UHGV virus genome: UHGV-0849750
Direction: 5' to 3' (one strand)
Length of the DNA: 41,901 nt
Source: a virus
The position numbers and the translations under genes were made by a program. This document shows positions 1 through 8,159 of this stretch, one piece after another (the first letter of the stretch is position 1; every line of letters starts with the position of its first letter). The notes beneath the pieces are model-generated. The model was given only the letters and a program-made list of their open reading frames with translations, did not search any database and was not told the origin of the DNA.

Positions 1-125
1 TCCTACTCGGTCACCCAGCCAGCATCGGTCACGGACTCAACCTCCAGCGAGGCGGTCACACGATCATCTGGTACACCCCCACGTGGAGTCTCGAGCTATA
101 CGAGCAATTCAACGCCCGCCTCGCC
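1..125. repeat. Direct terminal repeat: bases 1-125 are identical to 41735-41859, i.e. the contig overlaps itself (circular genome)
   Basis: Exact sequence identity of the first 125 nt with 41735-41859, read directly. The helicase ORF continues in frame across the junction. Confidence 0.85.
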
Positions 126-344
126 CGCCAAGGGCAGACGGAGCGAGTGACCATCTACCACCTCATAGCGGACGGCACGATCGACCAGCGAGTGCTGAGC
201 GTCCTCGCCCGCAAGTCCACAATACAAGACGCCCTTATGGACGAACTCAAGGCGGACAGCCCGAGCAAGAGCAAGCGCCAGCCAAAGCCAATAGCTAACA
301 GCCAACGGCTAACAGCCAGTCTCCGCACCCCACCGCCATTTTGA
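3..344 (+). CDS. 3' part (C-terminal helicase-C domain and Q/P/ANSQ-rich tail) of the SNF2-family helicase gene that starts at 40642; full gene spans the circular junction
   Basis: Frame 3 reads LLGHPASIGHGLNLQRGGHTIIWYTPTWSLELYEQFNARLARQGQTERVTIYHLIADGTIDQRVL..., continuous with the end of ORF 40642.. Stop TGA at 342-344. Confidence 0.75.
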   Translation, partial: LLGHPASIGHGLNLQRGGHTIIWYTPTWSLELYEQFNARLARQGQTERVTIYHLIADGTIDQRVLSVLARKSTIQDALMDELKADSPSKSKRQPKPIANSQRLTASLRTPPPF

Positions 345-381
345 TACCGCAAAAATTAATCTCAAATTAGTGGGCAAAAAA

Positions 382-413
382 TTTGGTAGTATCAAAAACT
401 TTTCGTACCTTTG
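382..413 (+). promoter_or_regulatory. Bacteroidetes-type promoter (-33 TTTG, 20 nt spacer, -7 TACCTTTG)
   Basis: TTTG at 382-385 and TACCTTTG at 406-413. The same GTACCTTTG core recurs at 27984 and 31518. Confidence 0.5.
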
Positions 414-487
414 TGATAGCAAAGGGGGAGAGATACCCACCTGAGCAACTCAAACAAAGAATACTAACCAAACAAACAGATACTACT

Positions 488-931
488 ATGACTACCGAAA
501 AGACTTACCCAACAACTGACTACTACTACGTAAGGTACAGCCAAGCAAACGGAGACGGCACGATCGTCGCTGTAACTGATGATTACGAAAAGGAGCTAAT
601 GAAGCTAGCGAGCAGAATCTCAGAATGCTCAACATCAATCCACGTGGATCTAGTGGAGAACCTATCAGACGTTAGAGACATCGTCGAGGACATCCTCTCC
701 TACTACTGGTCCGAAGAGGACATCGATCGCATTATGTCCGAGTTTGACGAGGAGGACGACAACGACCCATCAATACTGCTAAACTATGTCGAGTGCATAC
801 TCGAGAATACCTCATGCGAGTGGATGGAGCACTTGTGTTGGAAAGTTTACGACAGCACAGACATCGTACTCGAGTTCGACACGATCGAGGAACTCTACGA
901 ACACTGGCTAGACACTAAGATGCCAGCATAA
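488..931 (+). CDS. Highly acidic hypothetical protein (147 aa; D/E-rich) in immediate-early position
   Basis: ORF 383..931. The promoter -7 element lies inside the annotated ORF, so the internal ATG at 488 (MTTEKTYP...) is the likely start. Composition is strongly acidic. Confidence 0.45.
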   Translation: MTTEKTYPTTDYYYVRYSQANGDGTIVAVTDDYEKELMKLASRISECSTSIHVDLVENLSDVRDIVEDILSYYWSEEDIDRIMSEFDEEDDNDPSILLNYVECILENTSCEWMEHLCWKVYDSTDIVLEFDTIEELYEHWLDTKMPA

Positions 932-1003
932 GGCAACCAAGCAAGGCGGGGCGACTAGCCCCGCCACAACCAACAATACTAACCAACAAAAGGAACTAAG
1001 ACA

Positions 1004-1354
1004 ATGGCACTAGACAAGCAAAACAACAACATCGCATACCTCGCAGGGCGATTAGTAGCAGTATTGAGAGCGGCAGAACTCGCCAATAATGGCGAAAAGG
1101 CTCGGCTCACAACCGAAGAAAAGGTCGACGAGGTGCAGGAGGCTCCGAACACGATCATCGGGAGCTTCCTCGGACTCCGTCAAATCATGGACGGAGTTAC
1201 AGAAAAGCTAGACGAGATCATCAGCGAGATCATGGACAAGGTACCAGCAGACGGCTTTCCCAAGAGTCGCTTTTCAGCTGACGACTGGACGATGTTCTGG
1301 ATTGGCTACCAGCATCAGCGTGGAGCGTTAACCAAGCAAGCAGAGACGAGATGA
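1004..1354 (+). CDS. Hypothetical protein (116 aa)
   Basis: ORF with A-rich leader. Overlaps the next gene by 4 nt (ATGA). Confidence 0.45.
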   Translation: MALDKQNNNIAYLAGRLVAVLRAAELANNGEKARLTTEEKVDEVQEAPNTIIGSFLGLRQIMDGVTEKLDEIISEIMDKVPADGFPKSRFSADDWTMFWIGYQHQRGALTKQAETR

Positions 1355-1554
1355 CCGCAGAGGAGATACAAAAGAAGGCAGGACGGATCCGTGAGGAGCA
1401 GGGACTGAGTAAGTACCGCGTGATGAAAGACGGCATCTTCAGCTCCTGCAATGCCGTCACACGTTTCGAGACGGGCGAGCAGACAGCCCGCATAAAGGCG
1501 GTCGAGCGTTACCTCGACTACCTAGGCTATAAGTTGGTGATCGTCCCCAAGTAA
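1351..1554 (+). CDS. Small helix-turn-helix DNA-binding protein (Cro/C1-like, 67 aa)
   Basis: Contains an HTH-like segment (GLSKYRVMKDGIFSSCNAVTRFETGEQTARIKAVERYL). Lies at the end of the early block, before the terminator. Confidence 0.4.
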   Translation: MTAEEIQKKAGRIREEQGLSKYRVMKDGIFSSCNAVTRFETGEQTARIKAVERYLDYLGYKLVIVPK

Positions 1555-1578
1555 GACGACCACCACAACCACCACGAG

Positions 1579-1615
1579 AGAGGAGTGCCACACCACGGCA
1601 CCCCTCTTTTTTTTT
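1579..1615 (+). terminator. Rho-independent terminator (11-bp stem AGAGGAGTGCC/GGCACCCCTCT, loop ACACCAC, T9 tract)
   Basis: Inverted repeat with one mismatch followed by TTTTTTTTT, read directly. Separates the early block from the late operon. Confidence 0.6.
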
Positions 1616-1619
1616 GCGC

Positions 1620-1650
1620 TTTGTTACTTCATATTAAATGCGTATCTTTG
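1620..1650 (+). promoter_or_regulatory. Bacteroidetes-type promoter for the late (packaging/structural) operon: TTTG, 19 nt spacer, TATCTTTG
   Basis: TTTG at 1620-1623 and TATCTTTG at 1643-1650, upstream of terS. Confidence 0.5.
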
Positions 1651-1718
1651 TGGTATACAGATAGATAGCGCAAAAGTAGATAGTAAAACGACTACTGTAG
1701 ACAAATGAGGAGGAGCGA

Positions 1719-2207
1719 ATGAAGTACCGCAAGGAGATTATCGAGATAATAAGAGCGAGCATCACGGCAGGCGAGACGTACAAGCAGGCGTACACACGGG
1801 CAGGGATCACTGAGAGTACCTTCCACGAGTGGCGGAATAAGCATCCCGAATTTGCGAAGATGATCAAGGAGGCAGAGGAGACGCACCGACTTTCCAAGCA
1901 GTCCGAGACGGAGGTAAGCGTCCACAAGGCAGCCTGCGGGTACGAGTTTACGGAGGTGCGCACGGAGTACGGGGTCGGAGCCAATGGGCAACCGATCATC
2001 ACCAAGCAGGTCAAGACCGTCAAACACTTCCCGCCAAACGTGCAGGCAGCTAAGATGGAGTTACTCAACATCGCCCCCGAGAAGTGGGGCAACAGCCCGA
2101 TGGACGACAACTTCGCAGGCGTTAGAGTGGAGGTTGTCACAGCACAGCCAGCGCAGAGCAAGGAGCAGGACAAGGAGCAGGAGCAACCAGCCCAGAGCGA
2201 CAAGTAA
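1719..2207 (+). CDS. Terminase small subunit (HTH-type, 162 aa)
   Basis: N-terminal HTH ...AGETYKQAYTRAGITESTFHEWRNKHPEF... is typical of TerS. The gene sits immediately upstream of terL. Confidence 0.6.
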   Translation: MKYRKEIIEIIRASITAGETYKQAYTRAGITESTFHEWRNKHPEFAKMIKEAEETHRLSKQSETEVSVHKAACGYEFTEVRTEYGVGANGQPIITKQVKTVKHFPPNVQAAKMELLNIAPEKWGNSPMDDNFAGVRVEVVTAQPAQSKEQDKEQEQPAQSDK

Positions 2208-2221
2208 GACCACACACCACC

Positions 2222-3406
2222 GTGCAGACCATACAGACCACCGAGATATACACCCGCCTAGACACAGCGGTACGAGAGGGGTACACAGCTATCTCCCTCC
2301 AAGGGTCGGCACGTAGTGGCAAGACTTACAACGTGATGATATGGCTCATCCTCTACGCTCTACGAGTGCCAAGTATCAAGATAAGCGTGGTACGTGCCAC
2401 CCTCCCAGCCCTCAAGGGGTCGGTGCTGGAGGACTTCGAGTCCATTATGCGCCAGCTGGGAGTGTACAACGAGAGGCATTTCAACAAGACCGACCTCGTC
2501 TATTGGTTTCGCACACGTAGCACCATCGAGTTCTTCTCCGCATCGGACGAGCAGAGACTGAGAGGTCGTAAGCGAGACATCCTCTTCGTCAACGAAGCTA
2601 ACGAGCTAACCGCAATCCAATTTCAGCAACTCAAGATGCGTACGACACGGCTCACGATCGTAGACTACAACCCGTCATTCAGCGAGGAGCATTGGATCGC
2701 CAAAGACCTCAACAAAGACCCACGCACATACCACTTCGTCAGCACCTACAAGGACAATCCCTTTCTGGAGCAAACCGTCATTGACGAGATCGAGAGCTTA
2801 CAGCATAAGAATTTCAGCCTTTGGCAGATCTTCGGCGAGGGCAAGATGGCACAGATCGAGGGCTTAGTCTTCACCAACGTCAGCACCATCGATGCCTTTC
2901 CCGACCACATCAAGCGCACAGTCCTCGGCATTGACTTCGGCTTCACGCATGACCCGACAGCCATTGTCGAGGTCGCCTACGACAAGGAGGCACTCTACAT
3001 CAGCGAGGTCTGCTATCGCACAGAGATGCTCCAGTCAGACATCATCAAGGTGCTGAAAGGCTACCCCCGCACCAAGGTTGTCAGCGAGAGTGCCGACCCA
3101 CGACTCATTGAGGAGATATACAGAGCGGGTATCAACATCCACCCCGTCCGCAAGTACGCAGGCAGTATCGAGGCGGGTATAGCGTGGATGCTTCAGCACC
3201 CCCTACGAGTTACCGCACACAGCACCAACGTCCTCAAGGAGCTGCACAACTACGTCTACTCGCAGGACAAGGAGGGCAAGCTCCTCAACACACCGATAGA
3301 TGCCTACAACCACGCTATCGACGCCACCCGCTACGTCTGCATGACGGAGTGGATGGGGGGCGAAAAGAAGCCGATTAACCTCAGAAAACTAGCGCAAATA
3401 GTATGA
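2222..3406 (+). CDS. Terminase large subunit (394 aa; GTG start)
   Basis: Walker A-like GSARSGKTYNV. Size and position (after TerS, before portal) fit TerL with a C-terminal RNaseH-like nuclease region. Confidence 0.75.
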   Translation: MQTIQTTEIYTRLDTAVREGYTAISLQGSARSGKTYNVMIWLILYALRVPSIKISVVRATLPALKGSVLEDFESIMRQLGVYNERHFNKTDLVYWFRTRSTIEFFSASDEQRLRGRKRDILFVNEANELTAIQFQQLKMRTTRLTIVDYNPSFSEEHWIAKDLNKDPRTYHFVSTYKDNPFLEQTVIDEIESLQHKNFSLWQIFGEGKMAQIEGLVFTNVSTIDAFPDHIKRTVLGIDFGFTHDPTAIVEVAYDKEALYISEVCYRTEMLQSDIIKVLKGYPRTKVVSESADPRLIEEIYRAGINIHPVRKYAGSIEAGIAWMLQHPLRVTAHSTNVLKELHNYVYSQDKEGKLLNTPIDAYNHAIDATRYVCMTEWMGGEKKPINLRKLAQIV

Positions 3407-3783
3407 GTCAGCCACAAAGGCTCGCCAAGTACAGCGAGCGACAGCAAGCCACCAGCCAGCAGGCTATCGAGCGTGCCACGGACATAATCCAGCGTGCCAC
3501 GGGCAAGCCACGGAGCTACTACACGACACGCTCCCGCAAGGTCGAGTTTGTCGCCTATCGTGCGCTCTTCGCCTACATAGCAGTGGAGCTGGGAGCCAGC
3601 TACACGGCTGTCGGCAAAGCCCTCGGCAGGTCGCACGCCACAGTTATCCACGCTTACGAGAGCTACACCCTCTACGCCACAACGTGGGAGCCACTAGCCA
3701 CCCTCCGCAACAAAGTCATCAACCTATCCAACCCAAAACGCAATGGAAAACATCGCAGAAATACTACAGCTCGCACCTGCTGA
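3403..3783 (+). CDS. DnaA domain-IV-like HTH DNA-binding protein (126 aa)
   Basis: SRKVEFVAYRALFAYIAVELGASYTAVGKALGRSHATVIHAY aligns with the DnaA C-terminal HTH [41 protein letters not shown]. Overlaps the terL stop and the portal start. Confidence 0.45.
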   Translation: MSQPQRLAKYSERQQATSQQAIERATDIIQRATGKPRSYYTTRSRKVEFVAYRALFAYIAVELGASYTAVGKALGRSHATVIHAYESYTLYATTWEPLATLRNKVINLSNPKRNGKHRRNTTARTC

Positions 3784-5116
3784 TGCGGTCAAGAAGCTCA
3801 AGAGCAAAGCCTTCACCCCGCCAACGTGGAGCGACCTCGTCAAGGAGTACGACCCAGCACAGCACCCCGTCACCAACAAGGGCAAGTACCCCGACAAGGT
3901 CACCCCCGACGGACACATCGAGGAGGTCACACGCATCACGCTCAACTACCAGCAACTAGCGACCAAGCGTATGTCCGAGCTAGTATGCGGTATCCCCATC
4001 AAGCGCATCTACAGCCCCGAGGACGACAAGCAACGAGAGGCGAGCGAGTGCCTCGAGGCTATCTTCCAGCGCAACCGCATCGACTCGGTCAACATCGAGC
4101 GGTGCAACGCCCTCTTCAGCGGTTGCGAGATTTTGACCTTATGGTACCCGACAGAGGAGCCAAACAACCTCTACGGCTTCGACAGCGACTACAAGATCCG
4201 ATGCCAGACCTACAGCCCCCGAGAGGGCGCACAGCTCTACCCACTATTCAGCGAGGGCGACCTTATAGCCCTCAGCATCGAGACGACACGCACAGAGGAC
4301 GGGGACGACATCCGCTATCTAGACACCTACACACGAGACCAGCACATCACATACCGAGAGGGCAAGGGGGACTGGCAGGTCGACAAGGAGGAGGAGATCA
4401 AGCTCGGCAAGATACCCGCCATCTACTGCATGCGCCCCACCCCGATATGGGAGGATACGAGTAGACTGGTCTACGAGATGGAGTGGGCACTCAGTCGCAA
4501 CGGCAACTACCTCCGCAAAAATTCCAAGCCGATCTTCGCAGTCTTCGCAGACGAAGAGGTCTACTTCGGCGATGAAAAGAGCGAGAACAAGGAGTACAGA
4601 GCGGTTGTCCAATACCCCAAGGGTAGCACCGCAGGCTACCTCACGTGGAGCCAAGCTATCGACTCACTCAAATTTTACATCGCAGAGCTTCGCCAGAGCT
4701 TCTTCACCCAGCTTCAACTCCCCGACTGGTCGTACGAGAGTATGAAGTCCACCCCGATGAGTGGCGAGAGTCGCAAGCAACTATTCATCGATGCTCAGCT
4801 CAAGGTCACAGAGGAGAGCGGGCGACTGCTAGAGTTTTACGACCGTGAGGTGAGCGTGGTCAAGGCATTCCTCGCCATGCTCCGTCCCAACCTGGCGGAC
4901 GCTATCGAGGCACTCCCCGTGGAGGTCGTCATCACACCCTACCAAATCACGGAGCAACGAGACACCATCACCGAGCTACTAGCCGCCAACGGCAACAAGC
5001 CCCTCATCTCGCACCGTGAGTCTATCGAGCAACTCGGTTGGAGTACCAACGCCAGCGACACGCTCAGCGAGATCCAGCAGGAGAGTACGCTCAACGCTTA
5101 CGAGATAGCGGAGTAA
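3743..5116 (+). CDS. Portal protein (457 aa)
   Basis: Size and position directly after the terminase. Typical portal-length ORF with no other motifs. Confidence 0.6.
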   Translation: MENIAEILQLAPADAVKKLKSKAFTPPTWSDLVKEYDPAQHPVTNKGKYPDKVTPDGHIEEVTRITLNYQQLATKRMSELVCGIPIKRIYSPEDDKQREASECLEAIFQRNRIDSVNIERCNALFSGCEILTLWYPTEEPNNLYGFDSDYKIRCQTYSPREGAQLYPLFSEGDLIALSIETTRTEDGDDIRYLDTYTRDQHITYREGKGDWQVDKEEEIKLGKIPAIYCMRPTPIWEDTSRLVYEMEWALSRNGNYLRKNSKPIFAVFADEEVYFGDEKSENKEYRAVVQYPKGSTAGYLTWSQAIDSLKFYIAELRQSFFTQLQLPDWSYESMKSTPMSGESRKQLFIDAQLKVTEESGRLLEFYDREVSVVKAFLAMLRPNLADAIEALPVEVVITPYQITEQRDTITELLAANGNKPLISHRESIEQLGWSTNASDTLSEIQQESTLNAYEIAE

Positions 5117-5156
5117 CAAGCTAGAGATTAGAAGATAGATTTTAGAAGATAGAACT

Positions 5157-5582
5157 ATGCCTAGAGGAATACGCAATAATAACCCACTCAACATTCGGAG
5201 GAGTACCGACAAGTGGCTCGGACTTAGCCCCACACAGCGAGACCCTGCCTTTTTCCAATTCGTCGACCTTGTCTACGGCTATCGAGCCGCAGGCAAGCTC
5301 CTCCAAAACTACCAACGGCTCCACAAGCTCTACAACCTTAACGGACTAATAGCCCGCTGGGCACCCGCCAAGGAGAACAACACCAAAGCGTACGTGGCAC
5401 GAGTAGCCCGTGAGCTATCCACGTACGCAGGCAAGATGATAGACGGAGAGACGTACCTAGACCTCATCCACGACAAGGAGCTACTCCGCAAGACCATCAT
5501 CGCAATGCACATCGTGGAGAACGGACTGCGCCCCACAGCCAGCCAGCTAGAGGCACTAGACAAAGGGCTATCGATGCTATGA
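5157..5582 (+). CDS. Hypothetical protein with conserved N-terminal RGIRNNNPLNIR motif (141 aa)
   Basis: ORF with ACTATG start context. Function not recognisable from sequence. Confidence 0.4.
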   Translation: MPRGIRNNNPLNIRRSTDKWLGLSPTQRDPAFFQFVDLVYGYRAAGKLLQNYQRLHKLYNLNGLIARWAPAKENNTKAYVARVARELSTYAGKMIDGETYLDLIHDKELLRKTIIAMHIVENGLRPTASQLEALDKGLSML

Positions 5583-5736
5583 CCCAGTACACAGAGGAGA
5601 CACAAGACGAGCGTCAAGCACGCTACGATAAAGCGGTAAGCATCTACGAGTACAACCGCCAGTGGATGTCGCACAACGACAGCGTGAGCGCATCAATGTA
5701 CCGCACAGCCGTGCCGAGAGACATCATCAAGCGTGA

Positions 5737-6141
5737 GTGCATAAGAGCCGGAGTATGGGACAACTAGCACGCCAGATCGCAAGCGTAGCACTGCTGGCAA
5801 CACTAGCCAGTTGCGCCCCCCGCTACATCCCCGTCAACCACTACATCGAGACGGAGCGGGTCAAGGTGGAGCGGGACAGCGTCCACTACACCGACACCGT
5901 CCGCATCGCAGAGCGGGGCGACACGGTACTCGTGGAGGTGGTCAAGTGGCGGACACGCTACAAGACCGCCACGGACACGCTCGTCAAGGTAGACACGATC
6001 AAACTACCGCCCCAGCTCCTCGCCCAGCCAGCCCCCGAGCGACAGCCGTGGTGGCGCAGGTGGCTCACAGCCATCGGTGCCATCGTCCTCGTAGGAGCTG
6101 GAGCAATAGCCATCTACAAGCTAATAAGAGTACTACGATAG
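5737..6141 (+). CDS. Lipoprotein with C-terminal transmembrane helix (u-spanin-like architecture), 134 aa
   Basis: Signal peptide with lipobox LASC (…IASVALLATLASC). C-terminal hydrophobic segment WLTAIGAIVLVGAGAIAIYKLI. Confidence 0.4.
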   Translation: MHKSRSMGQLARQIASVALLATLASCAPRYIPVNHYIETERVKVERDSVHYTDTVRIAERGDTVLVEVVKWRTRYKTATDTLVKVDTIKLPPQLLAQPAPERQPWWRRWLTAIGAIVLVGAGAIAIYKLIRVLR

Positions 6142-6151
6142 CAGCCACCCA

Positions 6152-7879
6152 ATGACCCCCAAACAGTACGACCGCCAGCACATCAAGCACCTATCCGCCA
6201 TGGATAGGCGCATCGACCAGCTCTTTGACGAGGCACTCAAGAGGCTGGCGAGCTACGGCATCTTCCTCGACAAGCCCCTCGGAGACCAGCCGTTCAGTTT
6301 CGCCGACTACCCCGATGTACAGCAGGTTATTGACGGCATCTTTGAGGAGTTCCGCCAGTCGGTCGAGGTCGTTATCACCAAGGGGCTAGCGTGGGAGGAC
6401 AACCTCTCAGCCAGCAAGGCGACCGACATCGCCTCACGCTATGGCGTAGCAGTCGCACAGCAGAGGAGCCAAGCGGTCGCAGGCTTCGCACAGCGCAAGG
6501 TCGGGGGGCTAGATTTGTCCCAGCGGGTATGGAATATCACAGACACCTTTCACAAGGAGGTCGAGACCGCTATGGACATCGCTCTCCGTGACGGCACACC
6601 AGCTAACCGCCTAGCGACCGACCTCAAGCAGTACCTCAAGTACCCCGACAAGCTATTCAGACGAGTACGGGACGAACACGGACAGCTCCAGCTATCCAAG
6701 CGTGCCAAGGAGTTTCACCCAGGGGCGGGAGTGTATCGCTCCAGCTACAAAAACGCACGCAGGCTAGCCGTGACAGAAACGAACATGGCGTACCACAAGG
6801 CGGACAACGAGCGGTGGCGACAGCTAGACTTCGTCCTCGGCTACGAGGTGCAGGTATCGGGTACGAACCCCAACGTCTGCCCCCTTTGCGAGGAGCTAGC
6901 GGGTAAGTACCCCAAGGAGTTCGAGTTCGTAGGCTGGCACCCCCACTGCAGGTGCCATGCCGTGCCGATTATGGAGGACGTAGACAGCTTCCAAGCCCGC
7001 CAAGAGCTAATAGCCAACGGCAAACAGCCCCAAGCCCCCACGGGACAAGTGACCGCACCGCCGAAGAACTTCACCGACCACCTCAAGGACAACAGCGACC
7101 GCATCCAGCGAGCCAGCAAAGCAGGCACGCTCCCCTACTTCGTCCGTGACAACTACAAGGTCGGCAAAGACGGCACCCTCACCCCGACATTCAACGCCCA
7201 ATCTATAGAAGCTCGAAAGCTCGGCACGTACGGCAACAAGCTCGGACGCAAAGCAACAAAAGAGGCGCAGACAGCTCTAGCCGATCACAAGACACTAGAC
7301 AACTTCTCTGAGGCTCAAATGAAGAACTTTGAAGAGATAAACAAGGCTACAGGGTATAAGCGTGGAAAGGTGATGTCTTTTGAGGAAGCAGACAACGGAC
7401 AATCTAACATCTCACGAGACATTGAGAACTGCGCCTCCTGCGTAGTAGTACACGAGATGAGACTTAGAGGGTATGACATATCTGCCTTAAAGTACGACGC
7501 ACGAGACGGAAGCATATCAAAGCTACTATCAGCGGACACTCGTAGCATTTGGATGACCGCTAAGGGGAAAACGCCCGAATTCTCAGCTTTGATAGGCGGA
7601 GAACCAGACGATATTGTGAAAGCTATAGAAAAGCAAACCCAGCCTATCGGTAGTCGCTACAATATAGGCTGGGACATTTCAAAAGAGTTAGGACATGTCG
7701 TTACGGCAGAGAGAACTGCCAACGGATTAGTTATCTACGATCCGCAAAAAAACGCATTCTTATCTCTAGAAGAAGTTGTAAGTGATATGATGAGTGGGTC
7801 AAAGATTCAATTGTTGCGTGTAGATAGGCTACTACTAAGAAGTGATCTTTTGGCGTCCATCTCCTCCACTTTGAAATAG
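6152..7879 (+). CDS. Head morphogenesis protein of the Mu-F/SPP1-gp7 family with low-GC C-terminal Cys-His-Asp domain (MuF-type polymorphic toxin candidate), 575 aa
   Basis: MuF zinc-ribbon signature NPNVCPLCEELAGKYPKEFEFVGWHPHCRCHAVPI. The C-terminal ~190 aa (from nt ~7300) are AT-richer and contain NCASCVVVHEM...ELGHVV...IYDPQ. Confidence 0.65.
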   Translation: MTPKQYDRQHIKHLSAMDRRIDQLFDEALKRLASYGIFLDKPLGDQPFSFADYPDVQQVIDGIFEEFRQSVEVVITKGLAWEDNLSASKATDIASRYGVAVAQQRSQAVAGFAQRKVGGLDLSQRVWNITDTFHKEVETAMDIALRDGTPANRLATDLKQYLKYPDKLFRRVRDEHGQLQLSKRAKEFHPGAGVYRSSYKNARRLAVTETNMAYHKADNERWRQLDFVLGYEVQVSGTNPNVCPLCEELAGKYPKEFEFVGWHPHCRCHAVPIMEDVDSFQARQELIANGKQPQAPTGQVTAPPKNFTDHLKDNSDRIQRASKAGTLPYFVRDNYKVGKDGTLTPTFNAQSIEARKLGTYGNKLGRKATKEAQTALADHKTLDNFSEAQMKNFEEINKATGYKRGKVMSFEEADNGQSNISRDIENCASCVVVHEMRLRGYDISALKYDARDGSISKLLSADTRSIWMTAKGKTPEFSALIGGEPDDIVKAIEKQTQPIGSRYNIGWDISKELGHVVTAERTANGLVIYDPQKNAFLSLEEVVSDMMSGSKIQLLRVDRLLLRSDLLASISSTLK

Positions 7880-8101
7880 ATCTTGTTTGATTACTAACCG
7901 AACCTGCTCATGAGACAACTGAACGCCATCGGCAAAGTAAAGATGAGGGTAACCGACTTTTGCTCCAGCGGGTATGGAGCTATTGCTGAGCTGGTAAACT
8001 GCTTTGTCCATTAAGACGCCCACACGCCTTACAATGTCCCAGCCGTTTGGTATCGCAATAGGCTTTAGTCGCTCTAATACGGAGGGGTCTATCTTATTCA
8101 T
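7835..8101 (-). CDS. Small protein (88 aa), convergent with and overlapping the MuF C-terminus; candidate immunity protein
   Basis: Internal ATG MNKIDPSVLERLKPIAIPNGWDIVRRVG... at 8099-8101 (reverse). Low GC like the MuF C-terminal domain. Upstream part of the long minus-strand ORF overlaps the next + gene and is unlikely to be coding. Confidence 0.35.
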   Translation of the reverse strand: MNKIDPSVLERLKPIAIPNGWDIVRRVGVLMDKAVYQLSNSSIPAGAKVGYPHLYFADGVQLSHEQVRLVIKQDLFQSGGDGRQKITS

Positions 8102-8159
8102 AATGTATTCGTTTTCAGACACACCAAAGGTACAAACTAACAACCAATAATACAACACT

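Noticed and set aside
3826-4464. 212-aa R/H/P-rich ORF in an alternative frame inside the portal gene
   Set aside because: Composition typical of an out-of-frame high-GC reading, with no start context. The portal frame is the coherent one.
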